Of a stretch of 64,000 nt of DNA, positions 51,406-63,442 are shown in pieces. A model generated the notes under the pieces. The model saw nothing but the letters and a program-made list of their open reading frames with translations. It was not told the origin of the DNA and did no database searches. The stretch covers positions 3,348,001 through 3,412,000 of the forward strand of contig OZ336876.1 of NCBI GenBank assembly GCA_965287045.1, read 5' to 3'. Source of the DNA: Carcharhinus amblyrhynchos (taxonomy: Eukaryota). Position 1 is the first letter of the stretch. Every line of letters begins with the position of its first letter. A program made the position numbers and the translations under genes.

Positions 51406-52224
51406 ATGTTCAACAGTTAAGTCCAATAACCTTAATCCAATAACTCCAAGAATTAGCACAAATGTTAGAAACGCCACCTATTTTCGTCTCTATTCACCTG
51501 TCCACATACATCATTATTTTCATAGATATATCTGGAGACAGATTAATTGAGAACTCAAACATGTTGTAATGCTCCAAATCATCAAATCCTAATTTTTCCA
51601 ACCTCTCTTGATAGCTAAATGTTTGTACATGTGGTGCGTACTGAATTAGCTCTTTTCCATCATTATATGAATGTTTGTATTTCTCATGGAGTACGGTCTA
51701 TCAAATTGTCGCCAATACTTCAGATGATTCCTAACCAATGCGGTGCAAACGTTTACAATTCTTTACTGTTATTTCATCCTTGTTGTTTTCAGTTTCATGT
51801 CGTGGGAGCAAGAAATCACAAAATCGATTCACTTACTTTTGCAACTTCAAGATATGGATATCGTAGAGCGAAGAACATCCACTCTAGCTGAGTTGTCATT
51901 TACTTGTACGATAATGCAAACAGTAGCTAAATTTGTTAACGGAATAAGAAGAAGTGTTGATGGGAAAATGTAATTTCCCAACAGATTTGCTCAATTTAAA
52001 GCTATTGTTGTGTTTATTTTTCTCATACTTAAGCTAGACAATATCTCCAGTAGGCAGCTAAAATCGTAGTTGGAGCTGGAAGCTGAGCAAAACATGACCT
52101 TAACTGTCAGTGCCATCTAAACAGGACAATTATAACTTGTCATGAAACAACAATTAAGAATTAAGACCTGGGAAATGGCTGCACCCTGTTCTGCTGATTG
52201 GCATCCACAAAGCATAATAAGAGA

Positions 52225-52366
52225 GGGGATTAAGGGTTATGGGGAGAGGGCGGGAAAGTGGAACTGAGCCACAACAGATCAGCCATGATCTTATTGAATG
52301 GCGGGGCAGGCTCGAAGGGCTAGATGGCCTACTCCTGCTCCTATTTCTTATGTTCTTATGTTCTTA
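52225..52366 (+). mobile_element. Very short young CR1 3' end
   Basis: Almost identical to the tails at about 28545-28680 and 39360-39490. Confidence 0.92.
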
Positions 52367-52764
52367 TAACATGCTCTGTACTTCAGACAACGACCAGGTT
52401 TTTTTTTCATTCAGCTCAAAAAGGAGGGCGCACTTGGGAATACTGACAGGCTGTAATAAATGCTGAGCTGACTATTCTTCACTGATGATCGACATGTCTT
52501 CTTATGGCTCTATATTTCCATGCCTTCCATCACTTCACTGATGAATTATTTACCACACGACGTTTAGAACATGTGATAAGAAATGTAATAGTTAACTGTT
52601 GTTAACTGGTTATTTTTAAAAATCTGTTCTAATTGTTTTTTTTCCAATTTGAAGGTCAGAAATCCAAACATCTACTTGTATTAAGCAACGTCACCTGATC
52701 TGAGCGCAAGATGAATTCAATGCACTCAGTACGAGTGATCCTATAAATATGTGAATTGGCTTAC

Positions 52765-52795
52765 CCTTCTGGCAGGGAAACACCGGAAGAAGTAC
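52765..52795 (-). CDS. FCRL cytoplasmic exon 1 (STSSGVSLPEG)
   Basis: tttttatattttaaccag|GT ... GG|gtaagc; 31 bp, phase 1-2. Confidence 0.82.
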
Positions 52796-54009
52796 CTGGT
52801 TAAAATATAAAAAGACAAGCTTCAACAAGATGTTGCATTCTGACGCTTAAATAATTTGAAAACACCAAAAAAAATCAATGTATCATAATCATAAACTTTT
52901 GAGAAGCATGTTGTGAAGTAAATTAGATATCATGTGGCATGTCCAGAAACCATGTATTAAAATTTCGAAATCTAATTTGACAATCTTTTGGAAACTTCAA
53001 TTATTGCTGTGAAGTTGGGGAAGAGAGGAGGCAAACTGTAGCAACATTTTCTGTTTGACATACCAATACACATCCAGGAAATGCTACATTCCAAGGGACT
53101 TGTGCATTTTACTGCATCACAAAACGGCCGTTTGCAAGTGAACTCTGGTTGGCCGATGATATCATAGGCAATACTCGGAGAACAGTTATTTCACAACTAT
53201 TTGTCAAAAAATGTCAATAAAGAACAGTCGTGCAGACCAGCTCAGGCATTCCCATTAGGAAAAGATGCCCCCAATACAAATGCTTACTCGAAAAATTCAC
53301 TATGTCTGAACTCATTGTTTCTGTTTGCAGAGAATAGGTCCTTGCATTTCACAAAAATCGCAGCTAACATGCCTAAGGGAGCCGCATTGCTAATTGTTAG
53401 CATAATTCGTGGCACACTTGAAATTGGACAGTTAGTGCTGTCATATCATGCCCAACTGTGTGGTGGTAAAATATTCCCTAATGCACGTTCATTGGCACCA
53501 TCTCATCCAGAATTGAATATATTTTTTTTACAATATCGTTGGGGATATTTTTGTTTAACTGTTTTTCCGTGTGTTCTACACGGCAACACCTCGAACAAAC
53601 AGATCCCACCTCCCAACCAATCAGCACATTTTTCCCATATGGTATAATTTGCCGATCCATTTAAAATCAATACATTTGCACTTATTCTGAAAGGCGAAGA
53701 CAAGACCATTGAGGAAAATATCCAAATTTTCATCAATATCATGCCTCTGCACAAAAACGGGAAGATGCATAGTTAGTTATTGGTTCTCACTGCTCACGCC
53801 CTTGCCTTTACAAAATGAAGAAGGTATATTTCGTTAAGCCTGCATCTCAGTTGACGAATATTTCACATGTATCACGGTAAATATCGCTTATTTTCCATTC
53901 CCCAATGATCAGCCTCTCCAGAAGTAAAATGATGCGTTTGCAATGCTGCAGCTACAAACAAAGAAATTGGAGTGCCTATCAATCCACTCGACTGTCAAAC
54001 AATACTCAC

Positions 54010-54114
54010 TTTGGCTCTTCTTCCGAATCCTGATGCAAACCAATGCAATCATTGAAGAGCTAAGAAGAAGAATTGAAGTAATGGCTGGTGTGATAACCGC
54101 TGCATAGCCATGAT
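54010..54114 (-). CDS. Transmembrane exon of FCRL-like receptor
   Basis: tttccttcattctag|AT ... CAAA|gtgagt; 105 bp, phase 1-1; YAAVITPAITSILLLSSSMIALVCI + RIRKK. Confidence 0.88.
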
Positions 54115-54329
54115 CTAGAATGAAGGAAACATGCAATGATTACAATTACGTTGTAAAATACGCAGCTGATACAAACAAAATTTCCAGTGTTCCAACCCTG
54201 CATACTTAGCAGTCTGTCATGCAGGTAGTAAGGCCTGGACAATGCATGCCAGCAAAGAAAAACACCAAAACATATTCCATTTTTTTCCTGCCTAACATAA
54301 ATCCTTGTCATCACATTTGCACATCAGAC

Positions 54330-54620
54330 GGCCTCAAGGTAGCCACTTGCCCCAGCATATAGTGTCAGGCTCGCTTGAGATAGATTGGGCATGTAAGCCT
54401 CTTTCAGGAAAGGAGATCCTCAAGAACAATGTGTTTGCGACTCACACCAGACCCACTTGGCGCTCATCCCTTCACTTCAAAGATGTCTGCAAAGATGACC
54501 TGATGTCCTTTGGCATTGACCACAAGCATCAGAAGCAATTTGCCAGTGTTCGCTAGCTTTGGACGACAGGGGTGGAAATAAAAGTAGAATGACGAGAAGA
54601 GAAGAGACGCAACAGCTGGG
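54330..54620 (+). mobile_element. RTE-clade LINE 3' fragment
   Basis: LR.IGHV, RPTWRSSLHFKDVCKDDLMSFGID..FASVR..W, versus RTE-type RP.GRP.LR.KDVCKRDLK..GI. Confidence 0.65.
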
Positions 54621-55249
54621 AAAGCATGAGACAGCAAAGAGAGAGTCTGAAGTAACCAAACTAATCATTGACTCGCTGTCACCTAGCCATTGTCTGTCGA
54701 CGCAGGAAGGTAAAGAAAAACATTCAACATGGCAACATGTTTAACAAAAACATGATCTCTTGTTACAATACCTTCTATTGCGGTCCCCAAACCGCACGGT
54801 TGGCAACGTAAAAACAATGGCTATTGGTCCTATTTAATACGAAGTGCTATTTGCCACTGTGCCTACTCATTTTTTAAACCGTTATTTTTTTCAGAGATTT
54901 ACCATTAATTTGACAATCTTCCTCTCAAAGTTTACTTTTGATTAGAACTGTAATTCAATTAATAAAATATTGGCCATATCTACATGTTACATTCAACGCT
55001 GATTTCAGTTAGATTTTTTTTTCTTTGACTGCTTTACTAATCACTTCAATTCCGACCCGTGCTCTATCAACATTCCCATTGTTCCAATTTTCTGCCTTTC
55101 CAAGTCTGCCGCTCTTTTTCTTGCAGCTTTTGGGGCGAATGAGCAGGCCATTTCAAGTCCAATTGCCCCTTCTTGTTTCTGAGGTGTTTTCCTGAGGTAC
55201 AGACAGGCAACATTTGTTTTTGTTTTACCACAACATATTTTTCACATGT

Positions 55250-55560
55250 GGGGACTAAAATAGCAAGGCAGGCAATTGTTGTCCATCACTAGTTGTCAAT
55301 TAACTGACTAGCTTCCTCATTCATCTCGAAGAACACGGAAGAATAAACTAAAACAATCTGCTTCTGCAGTCAACATCGGCCAGGGCAGGTAAAGATGGAA
55401 AATCTCCTTCCCAAAAGGCCATTGATGAATCTCATCGGCTGTCACAATAACTAATAATTGTTTCATGGCATCCAACATTGATTCTAAATTCCAATATCAA
55501 TATTATTCTTTATATTCCAAGAGCATTCATTAAGGGAATTAAACGCATAACCGCAAAGGT
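55250..55560 (-). mobile_element. Deu-domain SINE, degraded
   Basis: ggccagggcaggtaaagatgg..tccttccc in reverse orientation. Confidence 0.6.
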
Positions 55561-56040
55561 TAATCCAGTCAATTGATATTACCCAGTGGCACAGTTTTTA
55601 GCACATTTTCTACACTCTGCCAGACAGGCGATTTCGATTGGCGCTTTGTTTGCATGTTTATGTGGTGTTTGCCTGTTTCCCCCATGCCTGCTTAATTCAT
55701 GATCGTCAAACAATCCAAACTTGTGCAGAGGAGGTAGATTCGCCATGAAAAGGTGCCCCTTAATATCCAAAGATATGCATTTATGTGGACGGGCCATGAT
55801 CAATGTGCATGTTTATACGGGATAGGTCAGGATGTGTGCCTAGGTAGAATATTCTTTCGGAGGTTCGTTGAAGACATATTGAGCTTAATGAATTATTTTT
55901 GCACTGCTGAGGCCTTATGTATTCTAAAGATTCATTCCTCCATGAACTGAACCTGATAAAATCATTGAAAAAAAAACACCTGTTTGCATGTTGATACAAA
56001 ATGATACAAAACATCAGAACAGGTATGATCAATATGTTAC

Positions 56041-56343
56041 CTTTCAACGTGACATCGATATACTTGCTGCTTATATTAAATACCGCTCCATCGATGCCAC
56101 TGTTTGTCGCTACACAGTGATATCGTCCTCCCTGGTCTTTCTTGAATGAATTAATAATGAGTTTGCTCCCATCGATGTTTAAGTGATAAGAGTCGCTGAA
56201 GTTTTCTACTTTTTGACTGTTTAAGTACCAGTGAAATTGTGGTGCAGTGCCTGTCCTCACCAGACATTGGAGAACGAGACGGTCCCCGGTGGAAATCTCA
56301 CTCGTGTTCATACTTGACATTAGAAAAGCATCCGACACAGGAA
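56041..56343 (-). CDS. Membrane-proximal C2-type Ig exon
   Basis: ggctctag|TT ... AAAG|gtaaca; 303 bp; VPVSDAFL..GDRLVLQC..GTAPQFHWYLN..LIINSF..DQGGRYHCVATN. Confidence 0.92.
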
Positions 56344-56719
56344 CTAGAGCCATAGAAAGAATTAAAAAAAAAATGCATTTTATAATATATGCATAGTTCA
56401 AGATTTTATTAGTTAAATATCGAACTAAATAAATAAATATTTGCAAAGTTGTGCAAATATCATTGGCATTATAATTGGAGAATGGTGATGGATTCCAAAT
56501 CAGTTAAGATTGTAAGGAATCTGGAAAGACTGTACGAGATTTCCAACGATGGCTGGATTATTAAGCCCGCGGCCCAAATTTCAGCTGTTTGCCAAATAAA
56601 CAAAGGAGTCATGAGAAACGTTTTATTTTTGCCACGAGAACGCTGTTCGGATGGCAACGTACTTCCAAAAATGTGTCAGACGTTGCACTAACTACGGTTG
56701 AGGAAAAGAGGGTCAGATG

Positions 56720-57310
56720 ATTATCTATTTAGGGGCTTAGGGGCTTGGTAAAACTATACAAGGTGAGAACTGGAATACTGGGAACAGCTTTGGTCCGCTT
56801 CTACGTGGAATGATATATTGTCATTGGAGGCAGTCCGAAGAAGGTTGACCAGTTGTTCCTAGTTGTTCCCAGATATGGAATCATGTTCATATGAAAAGAG
56901 ATTAAATTAGTTTGGGTCTGAACTCATTGCAGTTTAGAGAATGAGAGGCCTTACTCAGAGTAAGGCCAGACGAGATAGATAGAGGAAGTTTACTTCTGCG
57001 GGAAAGTCTAGGACCAGGTGACACAATCTCATTATAAGGAGTCGTCCAATTAAGACACTAATGGGGGAGGTCGGGGGTATTTTTCTCTCTGCGAGTAGTG
57101 AATCTGGGAAATTCTTTACAGTAGAAGGCTATAAACGTTGGGTTATGGGATGTTCAATGCTAACAGTGACAGATTTATTATCTGAAAGGCAATCAACAGT
57201 TTTTTTTTGGATGCATCAGGAAAGCGTATTTTAAGATTATACCAGCTGGAGAACCACAGATGGCCTGAACGGTCAACTTCTGCCCCAATATCTTATGCTC
57301 CTATGGTCCA
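56720..57310 (+). mobile_element. CR1 3' fragment
   Basis: LEYWEQLWS, LEAVRRRL, SYEKRLN remnants and tail. Confidence 0.75.
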
Positions 57311-57739
57311 GCTTTGAGGAAAAAGCAGGGATGTAGGGGAAAAAAGGTCAGTCATACTTTGGGAGAACTCTCAGTATGCCGGTTGAATGTATTTTCTATA
57401 TGCTGAATGCGTTCTATGCTGTTATGGGCTGAAAGCTAATTGGCAGTTGCATCGATTTCAATCGGATCCTCGAGTTGCACACTCACTGCGTGGCATATTA
57501 GTTCTAAATAATTATTCCTCTAACTGCAAGAAAATAAACTGCCACGCATTGGTCAAAAACAATCAAATTTTCCCTTTATCGCCCGGGGTGCATTGGTTGC
57601 AGGAAATGTAATTCAGCTATTTTTGCGCCAAGTGTCAGTGAGATGATTTGATGTGAAATTACCGATGCTTAACATGCGTAAACACGAGCTGTCATAAAAA
57701 GAAACGCACAGCAGATCAACAGGAGCTTCAGCTCTCTAC

Positions 57740-58240
57740 GTTGACAACAATCAGGATGCCGTAACTAAACAGAAAGTCATTTTGCCTTTCTTAGGTCCGT
57801 ATGCCTCTATTCGTGCCTTATTATTTAAACCATTCGGATGCCTATTAAATGTTGCTAATGTGCCTTTTTCTACCGCCTTCCCTGGCAGAACTTTCCCAGC
57901 ACCCACCACTCTCTGCTTGAAAAACTTCCCTTCACATCTTCCACAATTCCCCCCTTTCATCTTGAACCTGTGACCCCTTGGAATTGAAACTTCCACCTGG
58001 CAAAAACCTTGGAATATCCACCCTGTCTATCCCTCTCATAATTTTGCCAGGTCTCCCCTCAGCGTCCTTCCTTCCAGTGAAAAGATTCCTAGTTTATTCA
58101 TATTCAACCCCTCCTCAGAGCCAAAGCCGTCGAGAACATGAAAGGATCTGGTGAATGTTTTTCGTTCGTTCTCCAAAGCTTCCACGTCCTCCTGGTAGCT
58201 TGGTGACCAGAGGAACACGCAACTCTCCAAATGGCAAATT
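57740..58240 (-). mobile_element. CR1 3' fragment
   Basis: PRGHRFKMKG, KFFKQRVVGA, LWSPSYQEDVEALE. Confidence 0.8.
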
Positions 58241-58439
58241 AGAATTTTAATGACGGAGACGGTCATGCACTTTCTTTTTGAGATGCAGATGCACGCCTCT
58301 GTGCAGAGCTGGCATGTAAATAAAAAGGCCCCTCTCGACAGAGAGAATGAAGGCAATGTTATATGATGCCTGACCATCAAAGTTCAATCATATGGAGAGA
58401 CCTGTTCATTTGAAGGAAAGAGAGAACGCTTTTGACAGG

Positions 58440-58800
58440 CACCGGCGCACTGTGGTAAGCACATTTGCTTCACACTGCTAGGCATTGGGTTCGATGTCGT
58501 CTTTGGCAACGTCTGTGTGGAGTTTGCATGTTTTCCCCATATATATGTTCTCCCGGCGCTCCAGTTTCGTCCCACGTTTAACTGTACGTAGTTTAGATCG
58601 TTTGACCATGATTATTGCCCCCTAGCGTCTCAAGATGTGTAGGTTAGAGAGATTAGCAGAGTAAATATGTAATGTTACAACGATCACGTGTAGTGTAGAA
58701 TGAAAGTTGTGAATAATACTCTGTCGTACAGTTGGTGTGGATCAATGTGCTGAATGGTCTCTATCAGCACTATAGAGATTCTATTATTCTATGGTACTAT
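58440..58800 (+). mobile_element. HE1-type SINE
   Basis: ggcgcactgtggtaagcac..gggttcgat..gtctgtgtggagtttgcatg. Confidence 0.75.
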
Positions 58801-58889
58801 GAATTAAAGCTGCCATTGCAGTAGAAGCGCACACACTTCAGTCAAACCGAGCGTAGCGAGAGTGAACGTGATAGACATGCAATCTGGGA

Positions 58890-59190
58890 TTGGCGGGGCG
58901 GCACTGTGGAACAGTGGTTAGCAATGCTGCCTCACACCGCTAGGGCACGGTCTCAATTCCCGGCGTGGTCACTGTCTGTGTGGAGTTTCTCCATTCTCCC
59001 TGTGTCTGCGTGAGTTTCCTGCCACTGTACTCCAGTCTCCTCTCACAATCAAAAGATGTGCGGGTTAGGTGGATTGGCTATGCCAAATTCTCCCTCAGTG
59101 TACCCGAACAGGTGCCAGAATGTAGATTTTCACAGTAACTTCATTGGAGTGGTAATGTAAGACTATTTGTAATTAATGAGTAAGGTTTAC
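58890..59190 (+). mobile_element. tRNA-derived SINE (HE1-like head, different 3' tail)
   Basis: ggcggcactgtggaacagtggttagcaatgctgcctcac..ttaggtggattggctatgc..cacagtaacttcattg tail. Confidence 0.8.
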
Positions 59191-60380
59191 TTTAGGAAGA
59201 GCCATTTTGGGGCCAAATACTTTGGCTTAGCCATTGGAGCATTGAGGATCTAATCGATTGTGTGTTGCCAGCAGTGGATTAAAGATCCATGCTTTCTCGA
59301 CATCCTGCAGCACTTTTTAAATTCAAATGAATGTCCCAGAAAGGCCCAGTCAAATAAACGCTACAACTTCAGTGGGAACTGCTGAATTTGGAAATATGAC
59401 ACATAAACTGGAGTGAATTTGAGCATTAGACCTATTCTCCATGGACATGTTTTTTTTTCCCTGATGATTGCTTCTGTTGCCATATTTCTTAATGATCGGA
59501 GATATGGAACATGATAAGAAAATTTACATTTAGCATGTCTTTGTGCATATAGAAGCTAGGAAACAGGACAATTGATTCAAACAAGTTTAATGTATAATGG
59601 ATGAGGGACAAATGTATCTGTGTTTCGTTCCCATGATGAAGGGGAGAAGGGATAATATTTTTCCTTTTTTAAAATTATTTTTAGTTCAGATTTTTAAGCC
59701 GCACAGATATCTCGTTCTCTCCATGTAACTTCCTCATTCCCCAGAAACTAGGAGGCTTTGTGAGGGATGAAGTAGCTGCGCCAGTGTGTGTTGCTCCAGT
59801 GTACAACTGGTATGTGTGAGAGAAGACATAATAGAAAGAGTAGTACCATGCTGGATGTTGAGGGACAGAAAGAGAACTAATAGTGAAAATGGGAAACGCA
59901 GTGGACTGTGGCGTCAGAGAAAACACATCTGCTGTGACTTCTTGTAAAATGTACCCACTGAAACTTATTAGTGGTCGAGGTTGAATGTGAAGGTCGAGCA
60001 AAAGGGAAGCATCACATAGGAAGAGATCATTTTCCCTTAAATGTCAGTCTGCACAGCAATACCGATTGCACTCTGCAGTGAAATGGCCAGATCTCTCACA
60101 GTATCACAAATGATTATTGATTTTTCAAATATAAACTGTGTATGGAGGGTGGAGTAATGCTGAGATGAGTCTGCATCCTGCACAGTTCAGTGAATAAAGA
60201 ACAAAAGGAACGTGAGTGGTGATAATTGGGCAAATGCATACCTTGGTCTGAGTGTCACCTGTAATAACTGAGGCAGCTAGTTGCTTATTGCAAATATGCT
60301 TCAGCAGAATTATTATATACACACTTATCTTAAATCGATTCACGGCATTTATCTCACATCATTTATTAACATTGACTCAC

Positions 60381-60668
60381 CTATCACTGCCATCCACACG
60401 AAATTGCTCTGCAGGGAATCCTTTGTCCATTCATTTGCAACACAACAACTGTAATTTCCTTCCGAGGTTTTGTTGACTTCAATGATTCCATATGTAACCA
60501 TAGTCAAGTTAGTCGTCTCCCAATAGAGTTCCTTATTGAGGTTTTTGTAGAACGTATAAGTAATAGGAGTGGAGCCTTTGGACACTGAGCACGTGAAGGA
60601 CGCTACATCTCCCTCTATCAATTTGTTTCCGGGTTGTATTGTCAATCGAGGTTTTGACAATGGAATTC
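60381..60668 (-). CDS. FCRL D4/D5-type Ig exon
   Basis: attgatag|GA ... ATAG|gtgagt; 288 bp; RIPLSKPRLTI..EGD...FTCSVSKGSTPITYTFYK..SEGNYSCCVAN. Confidence 0.93.
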
Positions 60669-61129
60669 CTATCAATATAAGAATCGATTAGTTTGCAATT
60701 TGACTTGTAGGAATTTTGACTGTTTGCAGTCGGCTGAAATCTCGTTGTAATTTGTCGTCACTATTGGAAATATCTATCAAAGACAGGACTCTGCAATAAT
60801 GCAGTGCGATAGGGCTACATTGTCTAAATCAGTGGTGCAACTGTGCATTCCACTTGTTTATGTATTCATTGCGAGAAATTGTTTATACGTGGAGGAGGTT
60901 TACGTCATCATTTTCAGGTTTGTAGTGATTGCTACACATTGATGACTCCTCTTACTTATCTGCAACATGAGAGATAATAGTTTATTATCAGCATTCAATG
61001 TAATATGTAAGATAACAATGATAAACCGGGTGCCACTTTGATGCATCCCGTGAAAAATGTGATTTTGTACATTCACTTTTCTGCGATTGTTGTGTGAAAT
61101 TTATTTCATTGGACGCTTTCTGTTGTTGA

Positions 61130-61370
61130 CAACAGCCGTCCAGTCACAGCCCATCTTGATTCTACTTAGTGATTGACGTTATAGTTAATTTTAAGGGGAG
61201 GTTCAGCCGCAAACAGATTGTTATGGGTCAGTACATATGTAGGTCAGCTCAGAAAAGAACGGCATATTTCTCTCTCTAAAAGACATTAGCGAACCAGATG
61301 TTTTTTTTTATTTAGTATAAAAATTCAATATTATGGCCACTGTTACTGAGAAAAACCTTATCATACAGGG
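61130..61370 (-). mobile_element. Deu-domain SINE fragment
   Basis: cacatatgtagg-like, ggcatatttctctctctaaaagacattagcgaaccagatg in reverse orientation. Confidence 0.55.
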
Positions 61371-61549
61371 CCATGGTGGCATTTGGGCTAATGTGCTTCA
61401 AACTTCCAAGCACAGCATCAATACCAACATATGACAATCTCACATTATTCCAACAACATACCCACCAATATATGCAATTCCACCATAGAGCACTTATTAT
61501 GGATGTTGTATCAAAAATAAATAAATACATTCCTACAAATTACACTTAC

Positions 61550-61828
61550 TTCTGACAGAAACCACAACCTGATTACTCAGTTTCTTCACTCCACCATTGA
61601 GATTAGTTGCTTCACAGGTGTACATCCCTGAATCGTCCATCCCCACTCTCTCCCGTGTATAATAGTCGTATTCTGCAGTGTTAATGAGAGTTTGTCTGTC
61701 TTTCGAAAATGTGTACCTCAGAAGAAAATTGGAACGAAATATTTCAACCAAGCAGGTGAGATTTAGCTGTTGACCCTCAAACAACTGGGCGCCCGACTCA
61801 ACCTTCAGTACGGGTTTGGAGAAGACCT
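61550..61828 (-). CDS. FCRL D3-type Ig exon (second copy)
   Basis: cttattag|AG ... AGAA|gtaagt; 279 bp; EVFSKPVLKV..EGQQLNLTC..LRYTFSKD..DSGMYTCEA..VKKLS. Confidence 0.93.
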
Positions 61829-62959
61829 CTAATAAGAAGCAAATGCACAAGAACAACGCACGCATTAACCATCTGTCACAATGAATCTTACCACCACATA
61901 TATTTGGATAAAACCGAACATTGATCAGAGCAATGTTATTTCTACTGCAACTCTCAGAATGAGTTGGTCAAATATCTGTGTGTGTGTTTAAGAGTGACAG
62001 GAAACTGGCATAGCAGCAACTTTTGCAACTGAAATCGAAACTAATTCTTGCATATTATGTGGACACAATTTGAATCATCGTTTAAAATAGATGTAAACAA
62101 CTTTTAGGCTTGTAAGTATAGCCAGAGGCTGAAGTTGAATTAGGAACTGAGAAGCGCTGATTCATGCTCAAGTTGAAATCCACTCTCTGCAGAGATCGTA
62201 TTTTACATCTAGGTCCTGAACATTTAAGGATATTTTGTGACCACGTTTTAAATGAGATCAGTTCTGCTGCCACGACCATTATTTGTGAATCAACTGCTAT
62301 CCAATTTTCTGAATAAAAACCTCCTCACTGTCACACTCCCTGTTTCACTGAAAATTACAATCTGTCAGTGGCATCAGATTTTCTTTTATTTCACTTCTCT
62401 CCCGCTGCAGATCATGGAAAGAGTGTCAGATATGACGTTGGTAGTAGTGGACGCGTTCGCCCTTTATGAATGCAGGAGACTGCATTTCATTTGGCACTGA
62501 AATATTTTTGCCTCAGATATTTTAACTTTGAACACTTGAGTTCTCAAACCTTCTGTCCACACTTTACAAAGAGTTGGCAGCCTTAAAGCATCGGCTGACA
62601 TAATGCTACCATTTCGACTACCTTTAGCTTCTATTGAGTCAAGTGGGAACAAACAGAAGAAATGATTTCAACTTTTGTCCATGGTGTAATGTATGAGTTG
62701 TGTCAAAATATCAGACCAATGTTCACCAGATAACTTTTTCTTTCACTTGCCGATAACGATTTTTTTGGAGAGGACATTAAAATGGAGACCAACTAATGTT
62801 TTGCCTATTTCACACTTTTCATGATAATTTGTCTCTTGTAATTGTGTATGGTACACCTTTGTCAACAAGTCTGAAAAACTGTGGCTTATGAAATATGGAG
62901 TGTGAATGAACAACATGGTCCGGTGATTATGTTACATTATTTTATTTAGTATATCATTG

Positions 62960-63310
62960 GATTGAGGCACCGCTATCAAGAGCAGCATGTATTGCCCACC
63001 CGAATTGCTCTGGAAACGAAAACGTTTCAGAGAGCTTTTTTTAATGATACATATTATTGTGGCTCTTCAGTCACGATTACGCCAGGCCAAGTGAGGACAG
63101 GAATTTTTCGATTACTGGACCAAATATTTATTTTTCATGCAATAATGGGTGGGTTTAAATAATCACCATTACTGAGAATATATTTCAGTGTCTATGGCAT
63201 GGATGGGAATTATAGAGTCTGTCATGGGTGGTTTTGAACTGCTATCCCCAGAATTTAAACTTGGGTTTCTTGAAGACGATTCTCTGTCAGTACCGTGAAC
63301 GTCCATCTAT
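62960..63310 (-). mobile_element. Deu-domain SINE, degraded
   Basis: attgcccaccc, aggccaagtgaggacagg, ttttgaactgctatccccaga. Confidence 0.55.
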
Positions 63311-63442
63311 CCAGAAATGCTCTATTATCATCACCATACAATGGTGTAACAGTCAGTCATCGACTGTATGAAACTCCCACATCATGCTTGTTTAAATATA
63401 ATTTGTGCAATACTTCTTAATATATAGTGTTGCTGCACGTAC

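Noticed and set aside
51836-51890. gtaagt donor with a possible FCRL tail exon
   Set aside because: Stop codon in the required phase-2 frame and a poor acceptor
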